Positions 50,385-63,340 of a stretch of DNA of 64,000 nucleotides are shown here, in pieces. Origin of the DNA: Ptychodera flava. Lineage: Eukaryota. Position 1 is the first letter of the stretch. Each line of letters opens with the position of its first letter. The position numbers and the translations under genes were made by a program. The notes below the pieces were generated by a model that was given only the letters and a program-made list of their open reading frames with translations, had not been told where the DNA came from and searched no databases. The DNA lies in contig NC_091939.1 of the NCBI RefSeq assembly GCF_041260155.1, positions 23,835,744 to 23,899,743 on the forward strand, in the 5' to 3' direction.

Positions 50385-52110
50385 ATTTAGGGAGCGTTCA
50401 GTTATTAGGGGGGGGGGCGGCAAATTCTTCCTGCGCATCAGTCAAAATAAGTGAACCCCCTACCAATTGTACCAAAAAATTGATGACCCCCCTTTTGAGA
50501 TGTCAAAAATTTCATGACCCCCCACATTGCTTGAGTAAAGCTGCACACACAAACACCTGGGGGGTATGGAGCGATAGAATCCAAACAAAAAGAGCTTAGA
50601 TTTTTTTAAATATTCCTTACAAACTCACAAGGTGTTAATGCTCAGATTTCCCCTTCTGACTTGCTATAATTTTGAAATTACCCTTCAAAGGGGTTGGACA
50701 CACACTACAGGTGGATTGCAATATTTTTGCGTAAGCATGTGTGTACAAAATTTTGATATTTGGATTTAATTGATAATTAGCTGTTGATAATGTTGATTCA
50801 CTATACATAGTAATCTATGAGAAAACTATGTAATACTTTTTCAATGCAAAACTATTTCTATGCATAGATATTTGATAATTTATATAAATGTACTAAATGA
50901 AATAGGGTAATACCGTTGTTACAACTGGCATGTGGACAAAAAGTTTGACTTTAGAATTTCACCAAAAATGTTCATCCACTATACATGGGAATCAATGATA
51001 AAATTGTGAATAATTTTTTTTCTAATGAAAAACTTGGTATACTTATGCATATACAGACGTTCAATAATTAAAATAATTGTACTTGATTAGAATATGATGC
51101 ATATTATGTGTATAAGAAATCTAGTTATGGAATTTCACTGAAAATGTTCATCCACTACACATGGGAGTCTATGAGGAAAGTATGAATAATTTTTTTCCAA
51201 TACAAAAATAGGTTAACCCGTGTATTTATGTACTCGATTATTGATATTAATGTACTTGATTAGATTAGGGTGGTAACAAATGGGTGTGTTCGCCAGAAAT
51301 TGGATTTTGGAATTATACTAAAATGTAGATTCACTGTACATGGGAGTCTATGAGGAAACTATGAATAATTTTTTTCCAATACAAAAATATCAAAATCTGT
51401 GTATTTGTAGACATTTGATAATTCGTTTTAAAGTACTTAGTTAGCCTAGGATGGTTAAAGGTTGATATGTGTGCAAGAAATCGGATTTTGGAATTTCACC
51501 GAAATGTTGATTCACTGTACATTGGAGTCTATGAGAAAACTAAGAATAATTTTTTACAATGCTAAACTAAATTAATTTGTGCTTTAATAGGTGTTTGATA
51601 ATTGGTCATACAAATGTACTTGATTCAAATAGGGTATTTGAAAGTTCAATGGATGAGGACAACATTTATGATATTGGAATTTCACCTAAAAGTATTTTTC
51701 ATGGTACTAGTAGTCTCAGTACAGGTAACTGTTAAATAATTTCCCTGGCAAAACTTGCTATACCTCTAATATGTAAGTAATAGGAATTGTTCATTGCCCT
51801 CAGTGAGCTCGATTTACAATAAGACTGGCCTCAGAGTTGCCTAGTCAAGATGTGACGGATAATTATACTTTTGTTCAGATTTACAGTTAAATGACTTCAG
51901 AGAATGAAATCATGCAGCGAATCATTTTTATCTCCCAGAATATTTCTGAACATTGAAACTGCTTTTTGACGGGATGTATACTTAGGAAAATTAAGTGACC
52001 CCCCCTCTGAGCTGTTTGAAAAATACATGACCCCCATTTGCAGTTTTCAAATTTGAGGTGACCCCCCTGGATTTTGCCGGCCTACCCCGGCCATAATAAC
52101 TGAACGCTCC
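50385..52110. mobile_element. TIR element of about 1.7 kb inside the opsin intron. It has about 40-bp TIRs (agggagcgttcagttattagg...) and subterminal GTGACCCCCC triplets, and encloses a 215-bp tandem satellite.
   Basis: 50388-50425 is the reverse complement of 52072-52110. The flanks are TA-rich, so a TA target-site duplication is possible. Confidence 0.55.
50740..51720. repeat. Tandem satellite with an about 215-bp unit in about 4.5 copies (ggaatttcac[ct]aaaaatgttcatccactatacatgg...).
   Basis: Consecutive units are spaced about 215 bp apart, for example at 50945, 51135, 51320 and 51495. Confidence 0.7.
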
Positions 52111-52777
52111 CTTATGTACACCAGTTCTGGACATCTGGTTAAGAATAGAAAATGTGAAATACATTCATAGCTTATTCACGATACTGTTTTCACACTTTAA
52201 AATTGAAAATTTGAAATTCCTATACGACAACTGACATGTCAACTATTTCACTAAAACACAGAATGGTAGAATGTTGAAAATTTAACTATATATAACCATA
52301 TATAACTAATAACTATATTTAACTATATATAACTATATATAATTATAACTATATAATTTATATTTCACCTTTTCGTTTTACCTTAATCTTTGTCTTTTCT
52401 CGGGGGCGGTTCACCCTGTTTTCGAAAGTTGGAATGGAAGGGGGAGGTTTCACTTTTTTATGTTTCGACAAAAAATTATTCAGCGGCCCCAAGGCCGAAG
52501 AACTGACCCGTCCCTTATGTCTGTCTGTATGTCAGTGTCTCTTCACATCTGTTATTGGTCTGCCTTTCCTCTCTTTCTGTCACGGTCTATCTCAGTCACT
52601 GTCGGCCTGTCTCTTTATCTCTGTCTCTCTCTCCATCTACATGTATCTATCTCTCTTGATTCGCACTTTTGGATGATACATACGCAGGGAGCCCAAAAGC
52701 AACTTATTTTGAAAGAAAACACATACTAAGAATATCAAAAATATTCATGTAGATTTTCCTTATCACTTTCCCTCTAG

Positions 52778-53529
52778 GTAAACGCTTCCAAACGGGGCTA
52801 GTTCTCGTTCTCATTTGGATTTTAGCCCTTCTGTGGAGCGCATTGCCAATGTTCGGGTTTGGTTCCTTCAGAGTAGAAATAAACGACCTCTTCTGCTCGT
52901 TAGACTGGAGTGGGCGACATCCGTTGAACGTCACCTACAACGCCGTCTCTGTAGTGATGTGCTACGTCGTACCGCTGACCTTGACAGTCACAGCTCACAC
53001 TCTGACGTACCGATATCTGGCAAAAGCACGCGCGGTCATCTATTTGGATGTCGATTTAGCCAGTGGTAGGGTGCAGGCAAAAAAGGAATCGACTGATATA
53101 GGTACGCCTAACGCACAACCACGCCCTTGCGTGCGTTCTGCCCGCAGGGCTACTCTCAAAAGTCACGAGAGGGCTATCAGGAAAGCCAGCATGGCCGTGT
53201 CTGCCGCGCTCTTCATCGCCTGGACGCCATACGCAGTGTTGGCAATATACACAAGCTTGGCCCGAGTGGTTAATTTTTCCTTTATTGGCGTTACCCTACC
53301 AGCTCTTTTCGCCAAGACAACATGTGCGGTGAACCCGATCACGTACCTCATCTTCGATCGCCAATTCCGTCTGCGAGCAGCGACCAAGACTTGTGCATAC
53401 ATCCTGACTTGGCGGAAACCACAGTCATCCAACGCAAAGACGAGCACAAGATCAGTTGTGAACGGCGTCATGTATCAATGTAGCGAGAGCGTCTTGAAAT
53501 ATCAACCGAGTGCTACAGCAGATAAGTGA
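52778..53529 (+). CDS. Opsin-like GPCR terminal exon (TM4-TM7 plus C-terminus), ending KTTCAVNPITYLIFDRQFR...SATADK followed by the stop codon.
   Basis: The acceptor cctctag|GT at 52776-77 joins the exon-2 g to give Gly-Lys-Arg. The translation carries the ECL2 Cys (DLFCSLDW), Glu at the E181-equivalent position, AWTPY in TM6 and FAKTTCAVNPITY with the retinal Schiff-base Lys in TM7. It aligns along its length with rhodopsin and melanopsin. The stop TGA is at 53527-29. Confidence 0.85.
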
Positions 53530-54989
53530 CCAATTTTTTCAACTATTTAACATCCAGTAATTATCCTATGGAAGGACATTTGGAAGAGAGAATCTGCTCC
53601 ACAGTTGACAACGACGGCACGAAACCTAGCGCACACATCGAACAGTGCAGTGATTCGGAATCCATGCGGTCTGTTTTAAAAGTGTGAGTGTAAATAGGTG
53701 TATGTTGGTTGCTGATTTCCGCGGAAAAGCGAGAACATGCTCTCCAGTTTCTATTTGTAATATTTTTTTAAAAATTATATCGAAACTGTAAGGATTTTTG
53801 AAATTGTATTACCTTCTACAATGCAGGGCATAAAGTATCTTGGAGCGAAAAACATGAATGAAAGAATGAAAGAACCGCGCATAATATTTAAACTTTCAAT
53901 TTTCGTTATTATTGTCAACTAGCAATTGTGACATCACTTGTAAGCTTAGTCACTGCAAGAAAATGTTCGTATCAGCGAATGAACCGCTGAAAAGAAATAC
54001 TGAAAAAGATTGCCAGATTGAACTGAACAGAGAGAAACAGAGTAACTGCATCGAACTTCAACGAGCTCCACGAACAAGAAGCTGAACCCAAACTTCCTCA
54101 AGAAGCACAGAATTACCTTACGAACAAACGTAAAGACATTTCGTTGGTGCGATAAGAACCATTAGAAGATTATATAACTCAAGAAGCACAAACTCACAAT
54201 GAACGCTTGGACAAAAAAAAAATTACATAGTTAAGTGTACATTTGTTATCCACTTTCTAGTTTCGTGCAAATTTTAGAAGAGCGTTTAAGTTACTGTAAG
54301 CGTTCTTTTGTCGATCATTTTCAGAACATATCTTTCCGCCTCAGTCAAACCACTAGATTCTATATGACGATCATTGATCACCACTAGTGACAATTCGAAT
54401 ATGCTTTTCTCATAGAAAGTTCTTTGTCCGAAATCCCAAATGTTTTGCTTTCGCTGGAAAGCAGAGACTCACGTTTTGTTTCGTTCTAAACCCGCTATCC
54501 TGCACATACATGTAGGAATAAACTGTTGTACATACTGTAGGTCATATACTTTCTCTCTTGAATGTGAGAATAGAGTTTAGGAACACCACTGTTGGTCTCT
54601 ATTTGGGTTTAATGCTAAGCCAGCGTGTTTTTAGTAAGATTTACGAATAGGTTCTACTTTATTTAATATAGAGCTGACGGCAAGCCAAGAAATGGTAACA
54701 AGAAGATGCACAAAATCCGCCATCCATATGCCTACACGCTATTTACTATTATTTCCAGAGGCGAAACGAGCCCAATTATTCCACGCCAAAGACGCGAGGA
54801 TTATGTAGGTTAATAGCGATCATGCGTTTTACGATTTTGAATCACACGTGAATCAAACTTTCTTTTAAAGAAACATATTTTGTCATAATCCTAAACTCCA
54901 AGGGAACCGACGAACTATTTAAAACACAGGGCCAAAGTCCCTGAAGCTACTATAGACATGGATACAAAATTAAGTATTTCCTGACTGTT

Positions 54990-55085
54990 TGAAATTATCT
55001 CACTAAGGTCATGCTAGGGATATGTAAACCAAATATTAAAGCTGTCTGATCAGCGGTTTTGAAAAAACAAGCGACTCAACAGTTG
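54990..55085 (+). repeat. Partial third copy of the SINE-like body.
   Basis: The block aaagctgtctgatcagcggtt and its flanks resemble 55275-55330. Confidence 0.4.
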
Positions 55086-55221
55086 ACAGAGCTCTGCTGT
55101 GTTATGTAGAGAATAACCTTTTGTGACACATCTAGTGATGAAGAAGGTGGATATCTTTGATAGCTCATTTCAGGATGGCCTGACCAAAAATGAAAAAAAA
55201 AAATTCCGTAAAAATACAGAT

Positions 55222-55530
55222 TTGCATATTTCATCACAATTTTAACAAATCTAAGTTGGGTTATCCCTAGGGACCTGTATACCAAATAACAAAGCTGTCT
55301 GACCAGTGGTTATGAAGAAGAAGATTTTTTACCAAAAACGCCTTTTTTGGTGCTAATTTGCCTATTTTCAACAATATCAAAAATTAATAAAAAGAGTTTC
55401 TCAAAATCATGTATTTTATCCACACAACAAATCTCAAATCAGTAACTACTGCAGTTCTCAAGATATTTGACGGACACCTCACAAACGGACATACATACAT
55501 ACATACATACATACATACATACTACATACA
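55222..55530 (+). repeat. SINE-like 280-bp unit plus (ACAT)10, immediately 5' of the LINE fragment.
   Basis: It is near-identical to 58507-58790 (ttgcatatttcatcacaattttaacaaatctaagttggg...ctcacaaacggacatacatac). Confidence 0.7.
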
Positions 55531-56216
55531 TACATTCCATAGCAGGCAGTAGCAATAATGCCACGGCTATCTGGCGTGTTTACAACAATTTGATCAATGT
55601 AAATAACTTTAAGGATCCTACATTTATATCGAATGGGGTTTGCTTTGAAAACCACTCTGAGATTGCTGACGCTTTCAATAAGCATTTTGTAGGTATCAGT
55701 CACTGTACTGATGATTCCAATGAACCTGTTAATCTGGAGTCATTACGTAAGTTTATAAATACGGTATTATGTGATGTACCGTCTTTCAGTTTTCCTTTAC
55801 TGAAGAATGATTTTGTTTGTAAATCTTTACAAGAAGCCAAATGCACGGGTATTGACAATGTTAACTGTAAGCTCTTAAGAATTGCTGCACCTGTAATTTC
55901 AGCTACTCTTACTTACCTTTTCAATAAGAGCTTGGATCATGCTATTTTCCCCAGAGTCTTTAAATGTGCTAGAGTTGTTCCCATTTACAAAGGGACTGGT
56001 AACATCAGTGATATGTCTAACTATCGTCCTATTTCAATTTTACCAGCTCTTTCGAAAATCATTGAAAGACATGTGTACAACTCTTTTTTTGAATATTTAT
56101 CTATGTTTAATCTTCTTTTCGATACTCAGTCTGGTTTTAGAAAGAACTACTCATGCCAAACAGCCCTAATCCGTTTAACAGATAAATTTTGTGTAATGTT
56201 GACAGTGGTTATTTGA
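55467..56216 (+). pseudogene. LINE reverse-transcriptase fragment (N-terminal RT domains); a disrupted ORF beginning inside a microsatellite.
   Basis: See the mobile element above. The first about 20 codons are a translation of (ATAC)n. Confidence 0.75.
55489..55535. repeat. (ACAT)n of about 10 units, at the LINE 5' junction.
   Basis: Read directly. Confidence 0.95.
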
Positions 56217-56328
56217 ATAGTGTACTCCTGCTTGATCTATCAAAGGCATTTGATCTTATAGATCATGAAATTTTGCTTGCTAAACTACATGTTTATGGGC
56301 TATCTGATGGAGTGATTAACTGGTTTAG

Positions 56329-57348
56329 ATGTTATCTCTCAAATCGTCACAGATTGTAGATTACATGGGTAGTAGATCGACTATTTGTCGTGTTACCACA
56401 GGTGTGCCGCAAGGGTCTATTTTAGGACCTTTACTTTTCATGATATTTATTAATGATATGACATTGTCTGTTGATTCCTCCACCCTCCACATGTATGCTG
56501 ATGATCAGACACTACTTACAAAGGGAAAGTGTATTAGTGAAGTCAATGATGCTGTAAATCGTGATATTTTACCAATTTCTAATTGGATAACCAATAATCA
56601 TATGCGTATAAACGCAAGGAAAACTAAGTGCATTTTGATAACTTCACCTTTTATGTTGGGTCATTTGAATAATTCCGATGTTTCATTGTCTATAGAGATA
56701 GCTGATACCAAGATCCCCAAAGTTATTTCAGGGGAGATTTTAGGTATATCTTTAGATGAAACCTTATCCTGGGATGTTCATATTGATAATTTATGCAAGA
56801 AATTGAGTATGCGCATTGGATTTTTACGTAAACTTCGTACTTACATTCCTTTTGATCAGCGGTTAGTACTGTACTATGGTCTATTCCAGAGTATTCTTGA
56901 TTATTGCTGTGTAGTTTGGGGAAACACAACAGTTAAGAATATTGATAAAGTGTTTATACTTCAGAAACGAGCTCTACGCACGCTTTTTGAACTTCCGTTT
57001 GATTTCCCTTCAGTGGATTTATTTTCATTACTTAATGTCATGTCTGTCAGACAAAGAATATTTTACTTCACCGCAATTGAAACATTTAAATGTTTGAAAG
57101 GGTATGGTCCACAGTATTTATCTGATTTGTTTACCGCTCAGAGTGATGTACATAGTCATCATACACGGTCTACTTCTCGCCAGGATTCTTATGTACCTAG
57201 ATGCTTCTCTAAATATGGTCAACGTAGCTTTCAATACCGTGCTGCCAAACTGTGGAATGCTTTACCAATTGAAATCAAACAAACTACTGTTCTGTACACC
57301 TTTAAATCTGACTTGAAAGATTATGTGAAAATGAATGTTCCTTTGTAG
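56329..57348 (+). pseudogene. LINE reverse-transcriptase fragment (RT domains 4-7 plus the C-terminal domain).
   Basis: GVPQGSILGPLLF and YADDQTL are present. It is in a different frame from the upstream part. Confidence 0.75.
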
Positions 57349-57433
57349 ATGTAATTATTGTTATTTTGCTTGAGCCCCGATGAAAATTACTGTACAAGTA
57401 ACTCGGCCGCTCAATAAAAGTGTAAATAATAAA

Positions 57434-57592
57434 TACATACATACATACATACATACATACATACATACATACATACATACATACATACATACATACATAC
57501 ATACATACATACATACATACATACATACATACATACATACATACATACATACATACATACATACATACATACATACATACATACATACATAC
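57434..57592. repeat. (ATAC)n microsatellite of about 40 units, at the LINE 3' end.
   Basis: Read directly. Confidence 0.95.
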
Positions 57593-58506
57593 TGACAGTG
57601 CACGCCGGACAGATACCCATCCCAATAGCTTCTATAGACTATATTAGTCTATAGTAGCTAATAAACGAGAGTTAATTACATTCTAATTAAAGTAAACAAG
57701 ACTTGCTTAAATCAAGATTTTCATCATAAAAAACAGCATATCTGTCAGGTTATAAAGAATCTTCAGCTGGTTATCTTTTTATCAGTATTTTCATCCTATT
57801 AACCAAGCACATTTTAACTTTCAAATTAACATAGTAAGTTCTGTTGAATAAGTTGAGACTGTACGTACTCAGAGAAAGCACACTGAAGAGACAAATGTTT
57901 GAAACGTAAGAAGTTCAAGGTCATCAAAAGCATCATGTAACACTTTTAATTGCACTGTTTACACAGATTGCATAATTGCTATAAATAGAACATGAGGAAT
58001 CTTACAGCCCAGCTTTACCATAAAAAATCCTATCACTTTGACCACTCTTTTAATTGATCACTCTATTTTTTTCCTCAAAGAGTAATTTTATTTTATCCTT
58101 ACCAAGTCAACCATGAATGGAAATTAGAACTTTCTCTATCTCTATTTATTTGACCACCCTATCATGACAAACTATTTTGAGCAATTTCTTTTAGATAACA
58201 TACAGGGCACAATAAATGACGGTTCAGAATATGTCAAAGTTGGGATTCAGGAAAGTTGCCTTTACATGTTTTAATCCTCCAAGGTGGTAAGCATTTCACT
58301 ATGAACTGTCAAAAAAAGTTGAACTTTCTGATAATTCTACACTAAAATTATTTTGGCTTTGATGATTTCCTAATTAATTCAATTATTTAAAATCATATTA
58401 ATTATTTTTTCTGGGTGAATTGATAGGGTTTATACAGTACAAGAATTACATACAATGTAAGTCAAATTTTGATCAAAAATGACAAAGCAAATTCCTTAAT
58501 ACACAT

Positions 58507-58920
58507 TTGCATATTTCATCACAATTTTAACAAATCTAAGTTGGGTTGTCCCTAGAGACCTGTATACCAAATAACAAAGCTGTCTGACCAGCGGTTATGA
58601 AGAAGAAGATTTTTTACCAAAAACGCCTTTTTTGGCATTAATTTGCCTATTTTCAACAATATCAAAAAATTAAAAAAAAAAAGTTTCTCAAAATCATATT
58701 TTACGTCTTCACAACAAATATCAAATCAGAAAGTACTGCGGTTCTCAAGATATTTGAGTGGACGGACGCCTCACAAACGGACATACATACATACATACAT
58801 ACATACATACATACATACATACATACATACATACATACATACATACATACATACATACAGACTGACGACGGACGCCGGACGGATACCCATCCAAATAGCT
58901 TCTATAGACTATAGTCTATA
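58507..58920 (+). repeat. Second copy of the SINE-like unit: 280-bp body, (ACAT)20 and a 65-bp tail shared with the LINE 3' end. This is the empty-site paralogue.
   Basis: The body is the same as 55222-55490. After the microsatellite, the tail gacgccggacggatacccatccaaatagcttctatagactatagtctatagtagcta matches 57595-57660. Confidence 0.7.
58782..58858. repeat. (ACAT)n of about 19 units, in the empty-site paralogue.
   Basis: Read directly. Confidence 0.95.
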
Positions 58921-61900
58921 GTAGCTAAAAATGATCGAGGTCATTTCCTATTTTGAAATTCGCCAATATCATAATCCTCAAAAAGTAAAATTTCACCCTC
59001 CTTAGTTTTCATTATTGTCATGTCTCTATTGTTCTGCCTTGCTGGTACTGATTCATATTCTAACATTTCAACGATTTCCGAGAAATTGGCTTCCTTCAAA
59101 GCAACATATCCCACGCAATTTCACTCGATTGAGACAAAAACAATAGAGGCGCCATAAAATACCAGCACAGGGGCAACAGCTCGTTTACTCATTTAAAAAC
59201 CCACCAAATACCTTTAACTTCTCATGGAGGAAATCTTCATACCTTCATGTCTAACTTTATCTTATTGAGCTAGCTATTAACATCGTTAAATTCATTCATG
59301 GCGTGGGTTTGAAACGATAGAATTGTGGCATGCCGCGTACTGGCAAGTACGTTTATAATTTTCAATTCTTCAACACATCGTCCATTCGTATCACAAACTA
59401 GTGGTAACAGTGGGTTTTAGGCACGGCCAAAGAGTTCCCCCTTTCACACTTGTTTTATTCTGTGATGCATTTTGGTAGTTTCTTCAGTATTTCAATATTG
59501 CTTATTGTACAATTTTCAACTTTGAAGAAATGTTTTATTCACATTCGTCTTTACCTTCTCCATCGCCCGTTTGTACCTTTGCTACCAGTTGTTACCCCGA
59601 AGAAGGCAACCAGTGGGTTGCCGAAATGGCGGTGTTTTATCAATAAAATTTTGAAGTTCGAACCTTCCGGTTGCAGTCTCATTTTTACCATACCTACTGT
59701 CACGGTGATTTCATTTCATTTTATTTGTTGCCTTTCTCCCAAATTTGAGATATGACACCTGATTTGGTTCTTGCTTCATACAAAAAGTATTGCATAAATT
59801 TTCCATGAGGAAAGTTTGAGAAAGAGTTTGTTTCGAGGGCTGCCAGCAAATTACAAAGTTGGTCAAAATATGTATTACTATACCTGGAGTCAACGCTTTG
59901 GTTAAATATACCAGTGCAAAAACAGGCCCCTCAACTAGCATAGAATTTTAACGTCGAAATATATGGCATAAAATGGAAACGGCGTTATCGAAACCAATTA
60001 AATGACTAAATACACGGAGGCAATTGAAAGCGCATCTTAAACGCCTTTCAGTTTGCTTCTAAGACTGCCTTTGATTATGAGACCATTTTAATGAGCGGTA
60101 CGCCAAACCAGTGCGACGTTGCGTTTGTCACTTCCACTGCACCCTTTTTGCTCGAAAATACTCCATGTGGGTACTATACGCTCCATCTAGCCCCGCGCAT
60201 ACAGCTGGTGGTGTATGCCTAGGGAGCTCAGGACCAGCAGTTGTCGTACAATGAACAAGAAAAGAAACAAAAAGTACGATTATTATTTGCACACTGTAAG
60301 ATTTAACATCCACAGACCTAGTTAAAACCTCCCCATGGTTTCGCTCAGTACGCCATAGTACTATCTGCACTTATACATATGACAAAACCCAATGGCGAGA
60401 TAGTGCAAATGCGACGTCCTCGAGATCTGTGCACCCTGGGTTCGCACGAGGGCTTGCGTAGTATCCTGTGGCCGTCCCCGCACGTACGTCGAGCGAGTAC
60501 GGCTAAATAATTATTATTCAGGTAAGTACCAATCGTTCTCATTGTTGCATGTTGAGATATTTCGTTAACTCATAGGAAATAACCAGAAAATAACAATGAA
60601 TGGCAAATACAATAATATTGCATTTGCCGATTGACAGGGGAGGGGACGGGGTAGAGACAATGTGTTCCACCATAGACCCTCGCGAAGGTCCATGGTTCCA
60701 CCCATGTTTCCCCACCCTAGCGGCAATTTCGCTATGTAGAGTACTAAATACATACGAGATAAAATGTCCTCCCCTTTTTCCTCTGGCGCTCGGATCGATT
60801 TAGATCACGCTCGAAAAAGGCATACTTTATATCGGCGTTTGTTTGTTTCGGAATAAAATTGTAAGGGACCGCATATCTAATTTGTTACCGTCTGTTATAA
60901 TTTATCAACATTCTAAAATATCAATCTCGATGTTACCACGAAATGTTTTCTGTAACAGGACTTTGCTCTATCACAATTCAGTGGCAGTACGTTTTCGACG
61001 ATTTCATAAGCCAATACGGTCTTTTTTGACAGGTGTTTTGATCGTTTCAGACTGTTTCCGTACTATTTTTTTGGACCGTTTATTGTTCGTTTTGGCTCGT
61101 TTGAACTTTACCAATTTATAGCCAATTAGAATTTTTTGGCACACGCTTTGCCATATAATACAAAATCTTTAGTTACTTAATTTTGTCGTCTGCTGGATTT
61201 CCGCAGCTATTCACTTCGGCTACACGTCACATTTAGTTTCTCCTTTTTGGGTACCTAAGCTGCAAACCCCTTACAGTGAAAGGAACAGCCATGATAGGAC
61301 ATTCGCTTTTTGGTGCAAATTGCTCCACATTGCATGAGTCGCTACCTGTCTGCCGTGGAGGCTATTGCTTGATAGAAACCATCGGAAGATTGAAAAAAAT
61401 CCTGAAAAATCTTCACATGCAAATGTCCGCAAATGATAACAAATCTCATCAAATATATTCCTTAAAACAGACGCACATAGTGACTGGACCAGTTCCTGCT
61501 TTTTCCCTTGTTTTAAATCTTCTTTGCATATTGTTGAGACTGGCAAATTTGTTTGGACAAATTTCGAGCTAGAACCAATAACATCTTCAGAACAAATGGT
61601 AAGGTGATAAATACCAGAGTTTGAGTGTTGTGAAAAAAATGTACAAGCATGCATGCATACTTACAGACAGACATCCAGACCAGCGACAATGACTGGTCCT
61701 TATAGCTCCAAATTCTATACATATATCTAGATAATGCCAGTTAAATAGACAACAAGCAACTTAAACATTTTAAGAAATATTTTATTTGGAAATAACAATT
61801 GCTTGAAAATGCAGATGTATGTACTTCTTCAGTAATATGACATAATCTATTTATAAAGATTGCATACTTTACAATTCTCTTGTAACAAGAACTATCTACA

Positions 61901-62747
61901 TATGATCAAATGGTAAAACTTATAACTTGAAATCTCAGTCTATATCTGAGAGAATATGCAAGGTTAAGGATGAAGAGATATTTCTGTTTAAATCAAACTG
62001 ACTAAATGGAATTCATTCTCTGTCATTGATGTACATGAAGTGTATTGTACAGCTGCAATTATGCAACAACCCCCTTCCCTAATGTGTGCTGATGACTATG
62101 AAGTTGGAAATTCACGCCGCACTACACCTAGTGACTACACCCTGATTCAGAAAAATGTGATTACTTGAGAGGCAATTATGAAAACAACGATAATGCCATC
62201 GCCAAAAATGCAATGAGGGCTTGTTTGTGTCACCATTCATGAAGTGAAGAACGCAGATTTCAATCTAAGTTATTAGCCAATGAAAATGTGGTTACCTTCG
62301 AGTGCTGTAATTTTTCCCGCAAAAATTTTAGTGCAACATTTTACCACATTTTAAATGTTTTCTGTAATTCTTTTGATAATTTTGGACAAAATGGATATCA
62401 CATTTCATTGGCTAACGTTTTTTAATCAAAATTATGTCAAAAATCCGAAAAAAATTGACTGGGGTACATTTTATATAAGTGACAAAACTTGACTTTGGCG
62501 CTCAAAGCGTAAATGCTTACTTCAATGGGCCACCAAGATAAGATTGAGATAATAAGATAAGACGTGCAGATGCGCGCTGCCAATAGAATGTAAATTCTAT
62601 GTTCACTATCAGAGGAGACTGGGCAGCAGATATTGAATGGCATAATGCAGTGAACGGAGTCCAAAATCGTGCATATCTCTGTATCATCTTCTTTTAATCT
62701 CATTCTGGGGCCATGGATGGTTAAATCATGCAAACTGACTGCATTAA

Positions 62748-63097
62748 GGTAGAATGCACCTCGGAGACAGATACTCGGACTCCAAAACTTTTTCAATTTT
62801 TTTCTGATATACAACAAGTGGGGGTTCATTTTAAAGCTCTTGGAGTAAGAAAACTTTTTACTGGCTTAGTTTTTCGAAACTCGAAAATTTATTTTTCTCC
62901 ATCGAGTTAACACATGGATGGTGGCCATTTTGAATTTCAAATATCGGAAAATCTTGGGTTATTTGTTTCCCTAGTGCCAAAATTTGCACGGTGACCCCCG
63001 ATTTTTATTCTTAATTTTGAAAGTAAATGGTTGAAAGATTCCTTAGGGAAAGTTTGAGCAAAAGTTTAAGTCTTTTACTTTCGAGGTGCGAACTACC
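62748..63097 (-). mobile_element. MITE family A, full copy in inverted orientation.
   Basis: Its ends are ggtagaatgcacctcgg and cgaggtgcgaactacc. Confidence 0.8.
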
Positions 63098-63340
63098 CTA
63101 AGGGGAGTAGATTAGAACTAATTTTGATAAAAGTTTCAAAAGTGGTACTTTCCCTACAACAGTGATGCAAAAGAAACACTGCATATGTGAAATACTCGTT
63201 GTTTAGATTTTGTTTTGTAATGTTTATTGTTCAAAAACTTGTAAGAAGTTTCAAAATCCTATTGCTGCCGTTCATCATGTTTAACTGAAACTCAAATTTT
63301 GTCGTTACATTTTTGTGCCTTCTAAATATTCCATTTGTGA

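Larger units (their letters stand above)
55531..57660 (+). mobile_element. 5'-truncated, frameshifted non-LTR retrotransposon of CR1/L2-like type. It contains RT domains 0-7 and a C-terminal domain, about 80 nt of 3' UTR, an (ATAC)41 tract and a 65-bp tail.
   Basis: ORF 55467..56216 carries RT motifs (KCARVVPIYKGTG...NYRPISILP...FDTQSGFRKNYSC). At 56216-56340 the frame shifts (LLLDLSKAFDLIDHEIL). ORF 56329..57348 carries GVPQGSILGPLLF, YADDQTL and a C-terminal RSFQYRAAKLWNALP block typical of the L2/CR1 clade. There is no endonuclease or 5' region. Confidence 0.8.

Noticed and set aside
57302-57625. ORFs 57302(-), 57361(-), 57380(+) and 57411(-) with MYVCMYVC or IHTYIHTY repeats, and the N-terminal 20 aa of ORF 55467.
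   Set aside because: They are translations of the (ATAC)n tracts.
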